A stretch of DNA of 64,000 nucleotides from a virus (Duplodnaviria; Heunggongvirae; Uroviricota; Caudoviricetes): the IMG/VR virus record IMGVR_UViG_3300017650_000002, one strand, 5' to 3'. Below, one piece after another: positions 44,070 through 53,852 of the stretch. The translations under genes were made by a program, and so were the position numbers. Below the pieces are notes generated by a model. That model was not told where the DNA came from, did not search any database, and worked only from the letters and a program-made list of their open reading frames with translations. Within the stretch, counting starts at the first letter, position 1, and each line of letters begins with the position of its first letter.

Positions 44070-44158
44070 TGCATGATATAGACCAGACATAACTTGACAA
44101 AAATAACAGCCCGTGTTACAATTTATTGTAATTGGGCTGTTGTACTAAAGGAAAAGAA

Positions 44159-44686
44159 ATGGCAGTAAATCAACAAATTCTAGCGTCATACAGCCCTGAG
44201 TCTGTAGTAGTAGTTATTAGCAACGATAAGATGCAACACGTAATTACAGGTATGGCAGAAGGATCATTCCTGAATATCTCAAGGGTGATTCCTCATGCAA
44301 CACTGTACACAGGGGCTGACGGATCTAACGTTCGTGTAACTCGAAACGTAAAGAACTGCGACATCACTCTAACCCTACACCAAGGGTCTGAGTCAAATGA
44401 CGTTCTGTCTCAACTTCTGATTATGGATGAAGAGTCACGTAACCTAGACAATATCTTCAATATCACTATTAGGGACACATCAGGACGTTCAGTGTTTACA
44501 TCCCCAAGTGCTTTTATCGGTACTGTCCCTGACTCAGGGTTCGCAGCTGAAGCTTCAGAAAGGGAGTGGATCCTGCACGCAGTTGGAATGGATACTGTGA
44601 TCGGTGGGAACGGTAAATTCACAGCATCAACACAAACCACTCTAGAAGAACTTGGTGTTCAAGTAGACGACTACTGGAAGATGTAA
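44159..44686 (+). CDS. tail tube protein (paralog 1 of 3)
   Basis: Start MAVNQQ with AAGGAAAAG RBS; shares the YSPESV ... AEGSF ... core with the next two genes; followed by a terminator. Confidence 0.5.
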   Translation: MAVNQQILASYSPESVVVVISNDKMQHVITGMAEGSFLNISRVIPHATLYTGADGSNVRVTRNVKNCDITLTLHQGSESNDVLSQLLIMDEESRNLDNIFNITIRDTSGRSVFTSPSAFIGTVPDSGFAAEASEREWILHAVGMDTVIGGNGKFTASTQTTLEELGVQVDDYWKM

Positions 44687-44700
44687 AGCTCGTTAGAGAG

Positions 44701-44728
44701 AAGGGGGCTTAGGCCCCCTTTCTATTTG
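44701..44728 (+). terminator. intrinsic terminator GGGGGC-TTAG-GCCCCC + TTTCTATTT after the first tube gene
   Basis: Read directly. Confidence 0.65.
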
Positions 44729-44738
44729 GAGAAAGGAA

Positions 44739-45239
44739 ATGAGTAAAAAATTAGCAAACTACTCCCCAGAGTCTGTCATTATTCTGGTAGCAGGGTTGCA
44801 CACAGTGACAGGGTATGCGGAAGGTTCCTTTATCTCTATAGAGAAAGTTACCCCAACGTCCTCAGCTAGAGAGTCTGCGGATGGAGTTGTGTCAAGAGTT
44901 ATACGTAATAGCTCCCTATATAATGTCAGGCTGACGTTAGCCCAATCTTCTGATAGTAACGGTGTTCTGTCTATCTTCCATAACGTAGATAGACTCACAA
45001 ATGGGAGGGCTAAATTTCCATTTATTATGAAAGATAAGAGGGGCAGCAGTGTAATGTTTGCTGCTGAAGCCTGGATAAGCAGTGTTCCAGAGTCCACATT
45101 TTCAAGTGGTGTGGAGGGGCGGACGTGGGAGATTGTCTGCGCAGGTGCCACAAATAATGTGGGCGGTAATTATGACGAAAGCTCAATTGTTGAGGATGTT
45201 CTTGGTGTCGGTGCTGGTCTTTTAGGGGGTGTACTATGA
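44739..45239 (+). CDS. tail tube-like protein (paralog 2; tube or tube-initiator)
   Basis: Homologous to 44159-44686 (NYSPESVIILVAGLHTVTGYAEGSF...). Confidence 0.45.
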   Translation: MSKKLANYSPESVIILVAGLHTVTGYAEGSFISIEKVTPTSSARESADGVVSRVIRNSSLYNVRLTLAQSSDSNGVLSIFHNVDRLTNGRAKFPFIMKDKRGSSVMFAAEAWISSVPESTFSSGVEGRTWEIVCAGATNNVGGNYDESSIVEDVLGVGAGLLGGVL

Positions 45240-45682
45240 GTGTGAGAAGCTACTCACCTAATGATGTCACTCTAACCTTTGGTGGATATGTCCTTACAAA
45301 CTGGGACAGTATTGAGGTTAAGAGGCTACAACCAAGCTTCAAGATGGTTAGGGGGATCAGAGGAAAGAACACAAGAATTAGGACCCAGAACACAGCAGCA
45401 GAGATAACGATAACAGTTCCTACCACCAGCATAACTAATGTTGTGCTAAGTGAGATAGTTGAACAGGATGAAATCCTGGGGACAGGCAGGATCATTGTAT
45501 CAATCAAGGATGTGTCAGGAATGGAAGTGTTTAACACACCTGATGCATTTATAGAGGGACAGGCTGTAAGATCATATTCTTCAGACATGTCAACAAGAGT
45601 GTGGACTTTGCAGTGTATGACATCAGTAATCACTCAGTCCGAATCAGTCGGGATCGAGAGTATCTTTGACTCAATATTTTAA
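45236..45682 (+). CDS. tail tube-like protein (paralog 3, more diverged)
   Basis: SYSPNDVTLTFGGYVL ... pattern aligned with the two upstream paralogs; overlapping start. Confidence 0.4.
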   Translation: MSVRSYSPNDVTLTFGGYVLTNWDSIEVKRLQPSFKMVRGIRGKNTRIRTQNTAAEITITVPTTSITNVVLSEIVEQDEILGTGRIIVSIKDVSGMEVFNTPDAFIEGQAVRSYSSDMSTRVWTLQCMTSVITQSESVGIESIFDSIF

Positions 45683-45692
45683 GGAGAAATAA

Positions 45693-46013
45693 ATGACAGT
45701 CGCAATTAAAGAACAGCATACAGTGGATATTGGTCAGAATACTTATATCATCACTGCGCTAGGAACTTCAGCTGGGTTTGAAACTATGAAGGTCCTCCGG
45801 GAAGTTGGGGATGAGGGCATCCCTGATCCACTATTCATCCGTAAGCTGATCGTAGGTAGTGTTACAGTCAATAATATGCCTGTTACGGTTGAGAAGTATG
45901 AGCAGATGTTTAGTCGTAAGTTTCACGAGGCTATCGAACTGTTCCAAGCCATCGTTAAGTTTAACTTTGGTGTTGAAGACCCAAACGTTCAGGGCGATAC
46001 GTCAGAGACTTAA
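45693..46013 (+). CDS. tail assembly chaperone (putative)
   Basis: Position between the tube genes and the tape measure gene; 106 aa. Confidence 0.4.
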   Translation: MTVAIKEQHTVDIGQNTYIITALGTSAGFETMKVLREVGDEGIPDPLFIRKLIVGSVTVNNMPVTVEKYEQMFSRKFHEAIELFQAIVKFNFGVEDPNVQGDTSET

Positions 46014-46063
46014 AACCAGACGTATCGCAAGGCAGTAAGAAAACTACGGCCGAATACAAAAAG

Positions 46064-46252
46064 ATGCTAAAAGAGTTTCAGGGTGATTGGAGAATCATGA
46101 AGATTTGTATGGCCTCTAGTGATCCAATTGAAACTCTTCACAAGATCAGGACTGACCAGTATTCAATACGGACAGTTCTGGATATCTTGGAGATGTTGGA
46201 TGTAAGGGAAACTATCAGAGAAGATTTATCCAAGAACCCTGCACAACAATAA
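46064..46252 (+). CDS. hypothetical protein (62 aa), possible second tail chaperone ORF
   Basis: Position. Confidence 0.3.
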   Translation: MLKEFQGDWRIMKICMASSDPIETLHKIRTDQYSIRTVLDILEMLDVRETIREDLSKNPAQQ

Positions 46253-46266
46253 TTAAGGAATAAGTT

Positions 46267-47082
46267 ATGACTGCAATTAGTAGCTATTATGCCAACGTTG
46301 GTGTAAGGATAGATAAGTCATCTTTATCTCAAGTTTCTAGATATCTAAGGTCTGTAGAAAACCAAGTCAGAAGGTTTCAAGCTAATATAACAAAGAACTC
46401 TCAGATAAATCTGAAGTTAAATTTGAACAACAAGGCCTTGCTTGGAAATATTAGATCTTTATTTAATAAATCCTCGTCTACATTTAAAATAAACGCAACA
46501 CTGTCTCCTCAGAGTTTAAATCACATGAGGGCACAAATTAGAAGTGCGATTAGCGGTATTACTGTCTCCCCAAGGATTAGACCTAACGTAGTGGCTCCAA
46601 GAAGCCAGCCAGGGTCTTCGGGGGGTAGGCAAACAGGACCAAGCCGTAACCCTACTAGCAGGCCTACAAGCCCATTCCACAACCCTATGATGGTAGGGGG
46701 AGGGGTTGGTGCCTTTATGAGGTATGGCGCATTCTCACTACCATTTGTTGCAGGTTCTTTTGGTTTGAATGCCCTTTCTAACAGGGCCGCAGTATTGCAA
46801 AACCAGGACATGATGATGGACGTGTCCATTGGTGCCCTAGGCTCTGCCGGAGAGTCAGAGAGATACAAGAAGTTTCTTAATGACCTCGGAGATAGGCTAG
46901 GAAGGACAACAGAATCAATGACCCCGTTCTTCTCTCAGATGCTCTCAGGAGCTAAGGGGACGGAACTAGAACCTCACCTCCAAGAGGGATTTGCATCTCT
47001 TATGGAATTTGGTTCAGTGATGGGGCTTGGTACTGAGTCTATGAAGGGAACAATTAAAGCCTTCACCCAAATGATTTTGTAA
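46267..47082 (+). CDS. tape measure protein, N-terminal segment (putative)
   Basis: Low-complexity Ser/Gly/Pro/Asn-rich protein with a Gly-rich hydrophobic patch, followed by an HNH gene and a second TMP-like ORF. Confidence 0.45.
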   Translation: MTAISSYYANVGVRIDKSSLSQVSRYLRSVENQVRRFQANITKNSQINLKLNLNNKALLGNIRSLFNKSSSTFKINATLSPQSLNHMRAQIRSAISGITVSPRIRPNVVAPRSQPGSSGGRQTGPSRNPTSRPTSPFHNPMMVGGGVGAFMRYGAFSLPFVAGSFGLNALSNRAAVLQNQDMMMDVSIGALGSAGESERYKKFLNDLGDRLGRTTESMTPFFSQMLSGAKGTELEPHLQEGFASLMEFGSVMGLGTESMKGTIKAFTQMIL

Positions 47083-47179
47083 TAAAGATCGCTTACAGGG
47101 AAACTTGTAAGGCAATATCTCTTGAAATGCTGGAAACTCCTAAAGATCACACACTACAAAGTAGTCTTAACAGACAAGC

Positions 47180-47207
47180 TTGAATGTTTGAAAAGTTGTG
47201 GTATAAT
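47180..47207 (+). promoter_or_regulatory. sigma70 promoter: -35 TTGAAT, 16-nt spacer, extended -10 TGGTATAAT, driving the HNH gene
   Basis: Read directly. Confidence 0.5.
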
Positions 47208-47231
47208 GAATCCTTTTAGGAGGATTCTGAA

Positions 47232-47795
47232 ATGGACAATCAGCAGGGAAGATTCAAAACTAAAGTAAGACAATATAAAGATTTGCCCTTGTATGTCGCA
47301 GAGGACGGAATTATGTTCAATGCTAAGGGCGAACAGAGGTCTACCCACTTACATCGAAGCGGATATCTTCGAGTTGAGGTAATGGTAAACCGAGTAAGAC
47401 ACATACTGCCAGTTCACAGAACTGTAGCTGAACTCTATCTAGACCCTCCAAGTGAGGGGCTTGTTGATAAGTGTTCCAGAGAGCATTGGGGTAAAGTTCT
47501 AGTGTGTCACAAAGATAATAATGTGTTGAATAACCACTACACAAACCTGTACTGGGGAAGTTTGGACGATAATACAAAACAAGCCTTTAAAGATAAGCTT
47601 GTGTCCAACAGCCCAGGGGAAAGAAACGGACAGGCAAAAATGACCAATGAACTGGTCCATGAAATCTGTAGGTTCTACCAGAATGGTGGTTCTAGAAAGT
47701 CTGCGGAGATTAAGTTTAATATCTCCAGGCATCAGGCTTATTCTATATACACTAGAAGAAAATGGCTAGACATAAGCCAACATTATAAGTTTTGA
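47232..47795 (+). CDS. HNH homing endonuclease (classical HNH_3 type)
   Basis: VCHKDNNVLNNHYTNLYWGS (H-N-N core) and AGGAG RBS; inserted between the two tape-measure-like ORFs. Confidence 0.65.
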   Translation: MDNQQGRFKTKVRQYKDLPLYVAEDGIMFNAKGEQRSTHLHRSGYLRVEVMVNRVRHILPVHRTVAELYLDPPSEGLVDKCSREHWGKVLVCHKDNNVLNNHYTNLYWGSLDDNTKQAFKDKLVSNSPGERNGQAKMTNELVHEICRFYQNGGSRKSAEIKFNISRHQAYSIYTRRKWLDISQHYKF

Positions 47796-47806
47796 ATAAC
47801 CCTCAT

Positions 47807-47845
47807 CGACTATCCCTTCGGGGAGTACACCCAAGTGGGTGGAAG
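47807..47845 (+). repeat. 39-bp intergenic element, copy B (identical to 34916-34954)
   Basis: Exact 39/39 identity. Confidence 0.85.
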
Positions 47846-47975
47846 TGGGAGAGTCCGTAACAGCTAGGCTGATGGATAAGATATAGTCAAGACTTCAAGG
47901 AAACTTGAAGCTGCGTGTAATGACGCGGGGAGTGATTAACGACCATTCCTGAATAAATCGGGTAAACAACAAATT

Positions 47976-49178
47976 ATGGCTGAAGAACTGCGGGGTCAGG
48001 CTGCTGAACACCTACCCCCTGTTGTACGTATGATGGCTGAGGCTGTCACAGGTGGAGACGTGAAGGCACTGAACAAGATGATGGAGAAGGGGGAGTTAGA
48101 CCCCAACAAGCATCTTCCACTATTGTTCAAGGCTATGAGGGCTAATGCCCAGCCATTCATGGAGCAGTATTTTAAAACAATCACATTCTGGCAAGGAAAG
48201 GCTCAGAAAAGCCAGGAGGACTGGCTTAAGAAGTTTCTAGGATCAGGTGGTACTCAAGCTCTAGCTGGCTTCTATAAAACCTGGAATCAGGTCATTGGAG
48301 ATTCCATCCCAATGGCTGAGAAGCTAGGTGGGATATTCAAGAGTATGGTCCACTACTTCAACGCTGCCCTCCTTGCTCCGGGTGAGATTATGGATTGGTT
48401 TAACGGGACAGCCAGAGGTGATAACTTCATGAAGGCTATCTTCGGGGACAGCGCAGACCAATCCTTGGCAGATATTCGTGAAATGTTCTCCACAATTGCA
48501 TCTTCATTCAAGAGTATGATAGATAGCATGACTGGGGATATGACAGGTCTTAGCACTCTGATGGGTGCTGTAGGGGATCTAGTGGGTATGGTTGCGAATG
48601 CCGTTAAAAATCTTATCAGGGTACTGGATGCCTATACAACTGGTGGGTTTTCAGGTATCCAACACGAACTCAAGAGGCAGGACGTAGAAAGATACTACGA
48701 CGGAGTTGCTAGGAGGGAACTGGCAGCTTCTGGCATGGACTACGATGAGAGGGATGTCAGAAAGGTAAGAGAAGGGTATATGATGGATTGGGACAGTAAA
48801 TATTCTGCCCCAAGTGCCCCTCCAGATCAGTCTGCCTCAGCAAGCTTCGGTGGGATGTTATCACAAGGTTATCAAGAGACAAAGGATCTTGTGAACTCCG
48901 GAAACTTCTCTATGGGTGCCCTCTGGGACATTCTAAATAAAGACCGGTCTTCAGGGATTGTTGGTAATGTTCCATCAAACACACCTTCCATAATGTCAGG
49001 ACCATCAGACAGTACAGTTACTGTTAGAGTTATCCAGGATCCATTGCAAGTTAATGCGGTAGTGGAGGCTCGTACAGATGCAGAGGCTGTAGCCCAAGAG
49101 GTTAAAGCCAGAATAGAGGAAAACGACAGGAGAGTTACACAAGGGTTACTATCCAACTTTCCTATGACAGCGCAGTAA
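47976..49178 (+). CDS. tape measure protein, C-terminal segment (putative)
   Basis: 400-aa alpha-helical, Ala/Met/Gly-rich protein immediately upstream of the baseplate genes. Confidence 0.45.
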   Translation: MAEELRGQAAEHLPPVVRMMAEAVTGGDVKALNKMMEKGELDPNKHLPLLFKAMRANAQPFMEQYFKTITFWQGKAQKSQEDWLKKFLGSGGTQALAGFYKTWNQVIGDSIPMAEKLGGIFKSMVHYFNAALLAPGEIMDWFNGTARGDNFMKAIFGDSADQSLADIREMFSTIASSFKSMIDSMTGDMTGLSTLMGAVGDLVGMVANAVKNLIRVLDAYTTGGFSGIQHELKRQDVERYYDGVARRELAASGMDYDERDVRKVREGYMMDWDSKYSAPSAPPDQSASASFGGMLSQGYQETKDLVNSGNFSMGALWDILNKDRSSGIVGNVPSNTPSIMSGPSDSTVTVRVIQDPLQVNAVVEARTDAEAVAQEVKARIEENDRRVTQGLLSNFPMTAQ

Positions 49179-49187
49179 GGAGTTTAT

Positions 49188-49976
49188 ATGTCTTTAGCAA
49201 TTAAGTTTGGAAGTTCTACAGACCCAGCTGTGCTATCAGGTGCTATCTATTTTGACGCAGTTACTAAGTACAGCAAGGATTTTAGTGGTAGGGTTACAGA
49301 ACACCCCCTGGAGGCAGGGGCTTCTATATCAGACCACTATATCTCATCTAATCCTAAGTATTCAATATCTGGGGTGATATCAAGTGTAGATATCTCAAAC
49401 ATCCCAAGTATGATTAAGATTGATGACCAAGAGGTCATGAATAATAGTGAAGAGCCTCTTCCAGTTTCTGTAGAGGATACCAGCGGTCTTAGAAAGTTTC
49501 TACCCGGTGTGTTAGATCAATTCTTTGGGCAAGTCAAACCTACAGTTAGGCTAGATGACTCCGAGAGAATGAACTATAAGATGAGTTTTGAGAATTTCTT
49601 TGAACTCCTTATGAGTGGTCTGGCCTATAACGAGAAGAGAAAGAAATGGGAAAACAGGATGACAACAGCAACTCTATATGAGATGCAAGGTTTCACCCCT
49701 GTTAAGCCTATCCCAAATCTCGTTGTAACATCTATTAAGTTGGACGAAGACGAGGAGTCTGGAGATGCACTATTCGTATCTATGACACTGGAACATGTCA
49801 ACTTTGTAACTCTGGAGAAGGCTGAAGCACCTAAGCCTCAGAAGAACACATCCACAGAGAGGGGAGCTTCTGAGAAGACACAGATGGGTAACAAACCTGG
49901 GACTGTGGATGATGTTAAAAATCCTCCTAACGACAGGACATCAGTTCAAGGTGAGCTTGAACAGGCAAGGAGATAA
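49188..49976 (+). CDS. tail/baseplate protein (Mu gp43-like position, DNA circulation protein?)
   Basis: Position after the tape measure genes. Confidence 0.4.
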   Translation: MSLAIKFGSSTDPAVLSGAIYFDAVTKYSKDFSGRVTEHPLEAGASISDHYISSNPKYSISGVISSVDISNIPSMIKIDDQEVMNNSEEPLPVSVEDTSGLRKFLPGVLDQFFGQVKPTVRLDDSERMNYKMSFENFFELLMSGLAYNEKRKKWENRMTTATLYEMQGFTPVKPIPNLVVTSIKLDEDEESGDALFVSMTLEHVNFVTLEKAEAPKPQKNTSTERGASEKTQMGNKPGTVDDVKNPPNDRTSVQGELEQARR

Positions 49977-49979
49977 CCT

Positions 49980-50306
49980 ATGGCACTACATTACGTTAAC
50001 CTACCTCTATATCAGAATCCAGACTACGAGTATTCTATAGCCTTGGAGAGAGTGTCTTATAAACTAAGATTCTACTACGTGGAGAGGGTTCAACAGTGGT
50101 CTATTGACCTTAGGTATGCAAATAACGACCCCATAGTCCTGGGCGCTTGTCTGGTTCCAGATTTCCCACTGTTTTTAGACTACGATATAGAGGACTTATC
50201 TGGGACGTTTTGGTTAGAACCAATAGGCCCTCTAGACAATGAAACAGTAATCAATCCATACGAACTGAATGAGTACTACAAACTGTATTATTTTTATGAG
50301 GATTAA
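49980..50306 (+). CDS. hypothetical baseplate-associated protein (108 aa)
   Basis: Position. Confidence 0.4.
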   Translation: MALHYVNLPLYQNPDYEYSIALERVSYKLRFYYVERVQQWSIDLRYANNDPIVLGACLVPDFPLFLDYDIEDLSGTFWLEPIGPLDNETVINPYELNEYYKLYYFYED

Positions 50307-50309
50307 GTT

Positions 50310-51230
50310 ATGGCGTCACCCTACCAGAGAGGAAGGGTTTACTCTCTAATCGTAGGCACAGCCGAAGACGCTGTTGAAATAAACAACCTACAGATTAAAT
50401 TCAAAGTAGAGAAATCCAGCAGCAACAAAGATAAGAAAAATACAGCTTATGTTGAAATTTATAACCTGTCAGAGGACAGAAGGAAAAGACTGGAAGAGGA
50501 CTATGTCCAAGTATCCCTATCAGTTGGATACGTTGATACAGAAATTCTTCCACTCTTCCAGGGACAAGTCACAAATATAACTACATCAAAATTGGATAGC
50601 TTTTTGACTAGAAGGCAGGGCACTGATTTAGTGACCAAACTCCAACTTGATGAGCTATATACAGAGATGAACAGTAAGGTTTTATCGGCTTTTGTTCCAG
50701 CTGGTAGTACCGTTGGTTCTGTCGTCAGGCGTGTCATAAAAGATATGCCTGAAGTGACAAGACAGGAGATGGGGGGTAGTGGTGTAAACACTCTGCTTCC
50801 AAATGGGTATCCTGTATCAGGAACTCCAAGACAGGTGTTAGATCGTCTTAGTAACGACTATGACATAGAGTGGCAGATAGACGGTGGGGTTCTGTATGTA
50901 TCAGACTCTGACGGAACTTTCTCAAACAATAATGAGTTTGTACTGTCAATAGGTCAGCAGTCTGGACTTATTGATAGACCAGAATATGTCAACGAAGAAG
51001 CTAAGAGGTTACGTAGACAGGCTCAAGGAAGGAAGACAAAGAAAGAGCCTAAGAAGAATGCTATAAAATTTAAAATGCTCCTAAATGCTTCTGTTGTGGC
51101 AGGTAGTGTAATCTATCTTGATTTTGAGGACCTTACGGGGTACTACAAGGTTGATGAGGTAATACACGAGGGAGAGTATAGGGGTAACAACTGGTACTCC
51201 CTGCTAACTTGTACAGAGAGGGTGGAATAA
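50310..51230 (+). CDS. baseplate hub protein (Mu gp44 / P2 gpD-like position)
   Basis: 306 aa, precedes the spike gene. Confidence 0.4.
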   Translation: MASPYQRGRVYSLIVGTAEDAVEINNLQIKFKVEKSSSNKDKKNTAYVEIYNLSEDRRKRLEEDYVQVSLSVGYVDTEILPLFQGQVTNITTSKLDSFLTRRQGTDLVTKLQLDELYTEMNSKVLSAFVPAGSTVGSVVRRVIKDMPEVTRQEMGGSGVNTLLPNGYPVSGTPRQVLDRLSNDYDIEWQIDGGVLYVSDSDGTFSNNNEFVLSIGQQSGLIDRPEYVNEEAKRLRRQAQGRKTKKEPKKNAIKFKMLLNASVVAGSVIYLDFEDLTGYYKVDEVIHEGEYRGNNWYSLLTCTERVE

Positions 51231-52021
51231 TGTCTCAGAGAGAGCCAGGACTGCAAGAAGTCTTGAATGCACAGTTCGACTACCTTATGGGTGGAATTTA
51301 TACATCGATTCCTGGAATTGTAGTTTCAGTTTCACACTTAGGTGAAAACAGGATTGTTGTGCAACCTAGCTTGAATATGGTAACTAAGGATTTGATGGAG
51401 GTGACTGAGAGGCCAGTGTCCATTAATGTACCCTTCCATCAGCCACAGACGAAGCAGGGTGGGCTATCCATACCAATTCAAACTGGGGATCCTGTATTCC
51501 TCATCTTCTCTATGAGAGGTTTAGACAGTTGGAAGTCAGGGAATGGGTACCCAGTAACACCAACAGATAGGCGAAAATTTGATGCCAGGGACTGCATGGC
51601 TATCCCTGGTGTTTTTCCTTTCAGTCAGTCACCTAACAGGCCAGATAGACATACATTAAGTCATGACCCTAACGATGTTGTTCTTGTCCACAACCTAGGG
51701 ACAGGGGTAGAGGTTGAAGTCAGATTAAAAGCAGGTGGAGGCTTACAGATAAATGCCCCTGGACAAACAGTGGAAGTTAATTGTGAAAATTCACAGGTGG
51801 TGGCTACCAAGAAGGTGAGCTACAGTGCCATGGATTATGAAATAACATGCACAAACTACAAACTTACCACAGGAAATTATCAAGTTGATGTTGAGGCAGG
51901 TGGCTCTAACGTGTCTAACGGAAACTTCAGAATGAATGGAAGCTTCATCCTAAATAGCATTCCAATGGAAGGACACAGGCACCAAGAAACTGGATCTATC
52001 ACAAATGGACCACAGGTTTAA
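51230..52021 (+). CDS. baseplate spike / assembly protein V-like
   Basis: Start MSQREPG overlapping the previous stop by 1 nt; gpV-like size (263 aa) and beta-rich C-terminus. Confidence 0.45.
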   Translation: MSQREPGLQEVLNAQFDYLMGGIYTSIPGIVVSVSHLGENRIVVQPSLNMVTKDLMEVTERPVSINVPFHQPQTKQGGLSIPIQTGDPVFLIFSMRGLDSWKSGNGYPVTPTDRRKFDARDCMAIPGVFPFSQSPNRPDRHTLSHDPNDVVLVHNLGTGVEVEVRLKAGGGLQINAPGQTVEVNCENSQVVATKKVSYSAMDYEITCTNYKLTTGNYQVDVEAGGSNVSNGNFRMNGSFILNSIPMEGHRHQETGSITNGPQV

Positions 52022-52030
52022 GGAGAAGTT

Positions 52031-52393
52031 ATGGACCTATTGATGAATAGGGACGGTAGTGTACATGACCTGATTTTTATTAATGGGGAATGTCCTACTA
52101 CCGGAGATTTAATTGATGTCGTAACCCAGAGGTTATATATACGTCTACGAACATTCCTAGGGGAATGGTTTTTAAACGTAGAGTACGGAATCCCATGGCT
52201 AGAAGAGATTCTAGGGCATAAAGTACCAAAGAGCAGGGTGGATATGATATTACAGGATCAAATCCTTGCTGAAACCGGTGTTAGACAGATTACAGAATTT
52301 AAATCCACTTTGGACAATTTATCCCGTACATACACATGCTCATTCAGAGTTATGATTGAGAGTGGAGAAGAGTCACAAGTAATCACAATTTAA
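52031..52393 (+). CDS. baseplate wedge protein W/gp25-like
   Basis: 120 aa; position between the V-like and J-like genes. Confidence 0.4.
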   Translation: MDLLMNRDGSVHDLIFINGECPTTGDLIDVVTQRLYIRLRTFLGEWFLNVEYGIPWLEEILGHKVPKSRVDMILQDQILAETGVRQITEFKSTLDNLSRTYTCSFRVMIESGEESQVITI

Positions 52394-52403
52394 AGGATAG
52401 ATT

Positions 52404-53852
52404 ATGGCAGGAATGACAGAAGCTGGTCTAGAGATTAAACGACTTGGAGAAGTAATTACAGACCTGAAGACAGATGCTGTACCTATCTTTCAAGATTTAG
52501 TCCCACCAGGAGATAATGTAGACGTAGGGGACAGTTCAACTATTGGCAGGCTAATTGGCCTAGTGTCTCCAGGGTATTCAGATCTTTGGGAAGCTATCTT
52601 ACAGATTTATTGGGCGTTTGACCCTAACGCAGCTTCAGGTATCGCCTTAGATAACTTGGTTATGTATGGCGGGCTGACAAGAAACTCAGCCTCCGCTACA
52701 CAGGCCACAGTCTTGGTGTGGGGAGACGAGAATACTTTAATTCCTAACACGGCTCAAGTTAGGAGTACAGACAACAATCTTTATAACGTAGCCATCCCAG
52801 TGTCTCTAACAAAGGGACAATGTAATGGATTCGAGATTTCGATCCCAACTGTCACTGACGGAACTACATACGGATTTAACTTAACCTTAGGATCGTCATC
52901 TGTAGTTATTCAGTATACAGCTGGACCGTCAGACACAACTACTACAGTAGTTGATAATCTTCTATCAGAGGTGGGACTTTACTCATGGCTACAAGGGTCA
53001 AGAGAGGGATCAAATCTGAGGGTAGTGTCAACCAACGTATTTGACTACATCTCGTTTAATACCATCTCCTCAAGCACAGTTGTCAGGAAGATCAGGAATA
53101 GGACTGAGGTTGTAAATACGGTGACAGGTAGAATTCCTCAATCTGCCAATACAATCAATAGCATCGCCACTCCAATTCTAGGTTGGGATAGCGTAAATAA
53201 CCCATTTGATGCAGTAGAGGGTAAGGACACTGAATCTGATGAAGAGCTTAGATCCAGGTTTAGGGATAGTAAGTTCATCAGGGCACAGAATATCACAGAT
53301 TCGCTCTACTCAGCTGTCCTTGATGTTGATGGTGTTGTGAACTGCGGAGTGTTTGAGAATGATACAGATGTTTATGATCCTGTTTTTGATCTAACTCCTC
53401 ATAGTTTTAAGGTGGTGGTACTGGGAGGTAATCCTAATGAAATCGCAGAAGCAATCTGGAAAAACATTCCAACGGGCATCGGGGCCTTAGGTAACACTTC
53501 AGCCCAAATCATAGACGCACAGGGAATAGCCCGAGATGTTAAGTTTGAGAGGCCTGTTAGTGTCCAAACTTACATCACTATGGAACTAAAGGCAGAGACT
53601 GGACAATTCCCTGCTAATGGTGCTGACTTGATCAGATCTAGCCTTATTACATATTTCCAGAATAATTTTGAAATTGGGGACGAGGTTGTCTACAGTAGAC
53701 TGTACACTCCAATCAACTCAGTTCCAGGTCATCAGGTTAATAGTCTGTTTATCGGAACTTCCCCGTCGCCAACAGGTACGGCAAATATACCAATTCCTTA
53801 CAACGGTATTGCTTCTATCATGGCGTCGGACATAGTAATTACGGTGGTGTAA
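52404..53852 (+). CDS. baseplate J-like protein
   Basis: 482 aa; position and size in a Mu/P2-type baseplate cluster. Confidence 0.55.
   Translation: MAGMTEAGLEIKRLGEVITDLKTDAVPIFQDLVPPGDNVDVGDSSTIGRLIGLVSPGYSDLWEAILQIYWAFDPNAASGIALDNLVMYGGLTRNSASATQATVLVWGDENTLIPNTAQVRSTDNNLYNVAIPVSLTKGQCNGFEISIPTVTDGTTYGFNLTLGSSSVVIQYTAGPSDTTTTVVDNLLSEVGLYSWLQGSREGSNLRVVSTNVFDYISFNTISSSTVVRKIRNRTEVVNTVTGRIPQSANTINSIATPILGWDSVNNPFDAVEGKDTESDEELRSRFRDSKFIRAQNITDSLYSAVLDVDGVVNCGVFENDTDVYDPVFDLTPHSFKVVVLGGNPNEIAEAIWKNIPTGIGALGNTSAQIIDAQGIARDVKFERPVSVQTYITMELKAETGQFPANGADLIRSSLITYFQNNFEIGDEVVYSRLYTPINSVPGHQVNSLFIGTSPSPTGTANIPIPYNGIASIMASDIVITVV

Noticed and set aside
36229-45633. Numerous 60-145-aa minus-strand ORFs inside portal, capsid, sheath, tube and tape measure genes (for example 36229-36486, 39297-39734, 43436-43672, 44759-45151, 45250-45633, 46521-46868)
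   Set aside because: All are antisense to long, well-supported + strand structural genes, have no RBS and show low-complexity translations.
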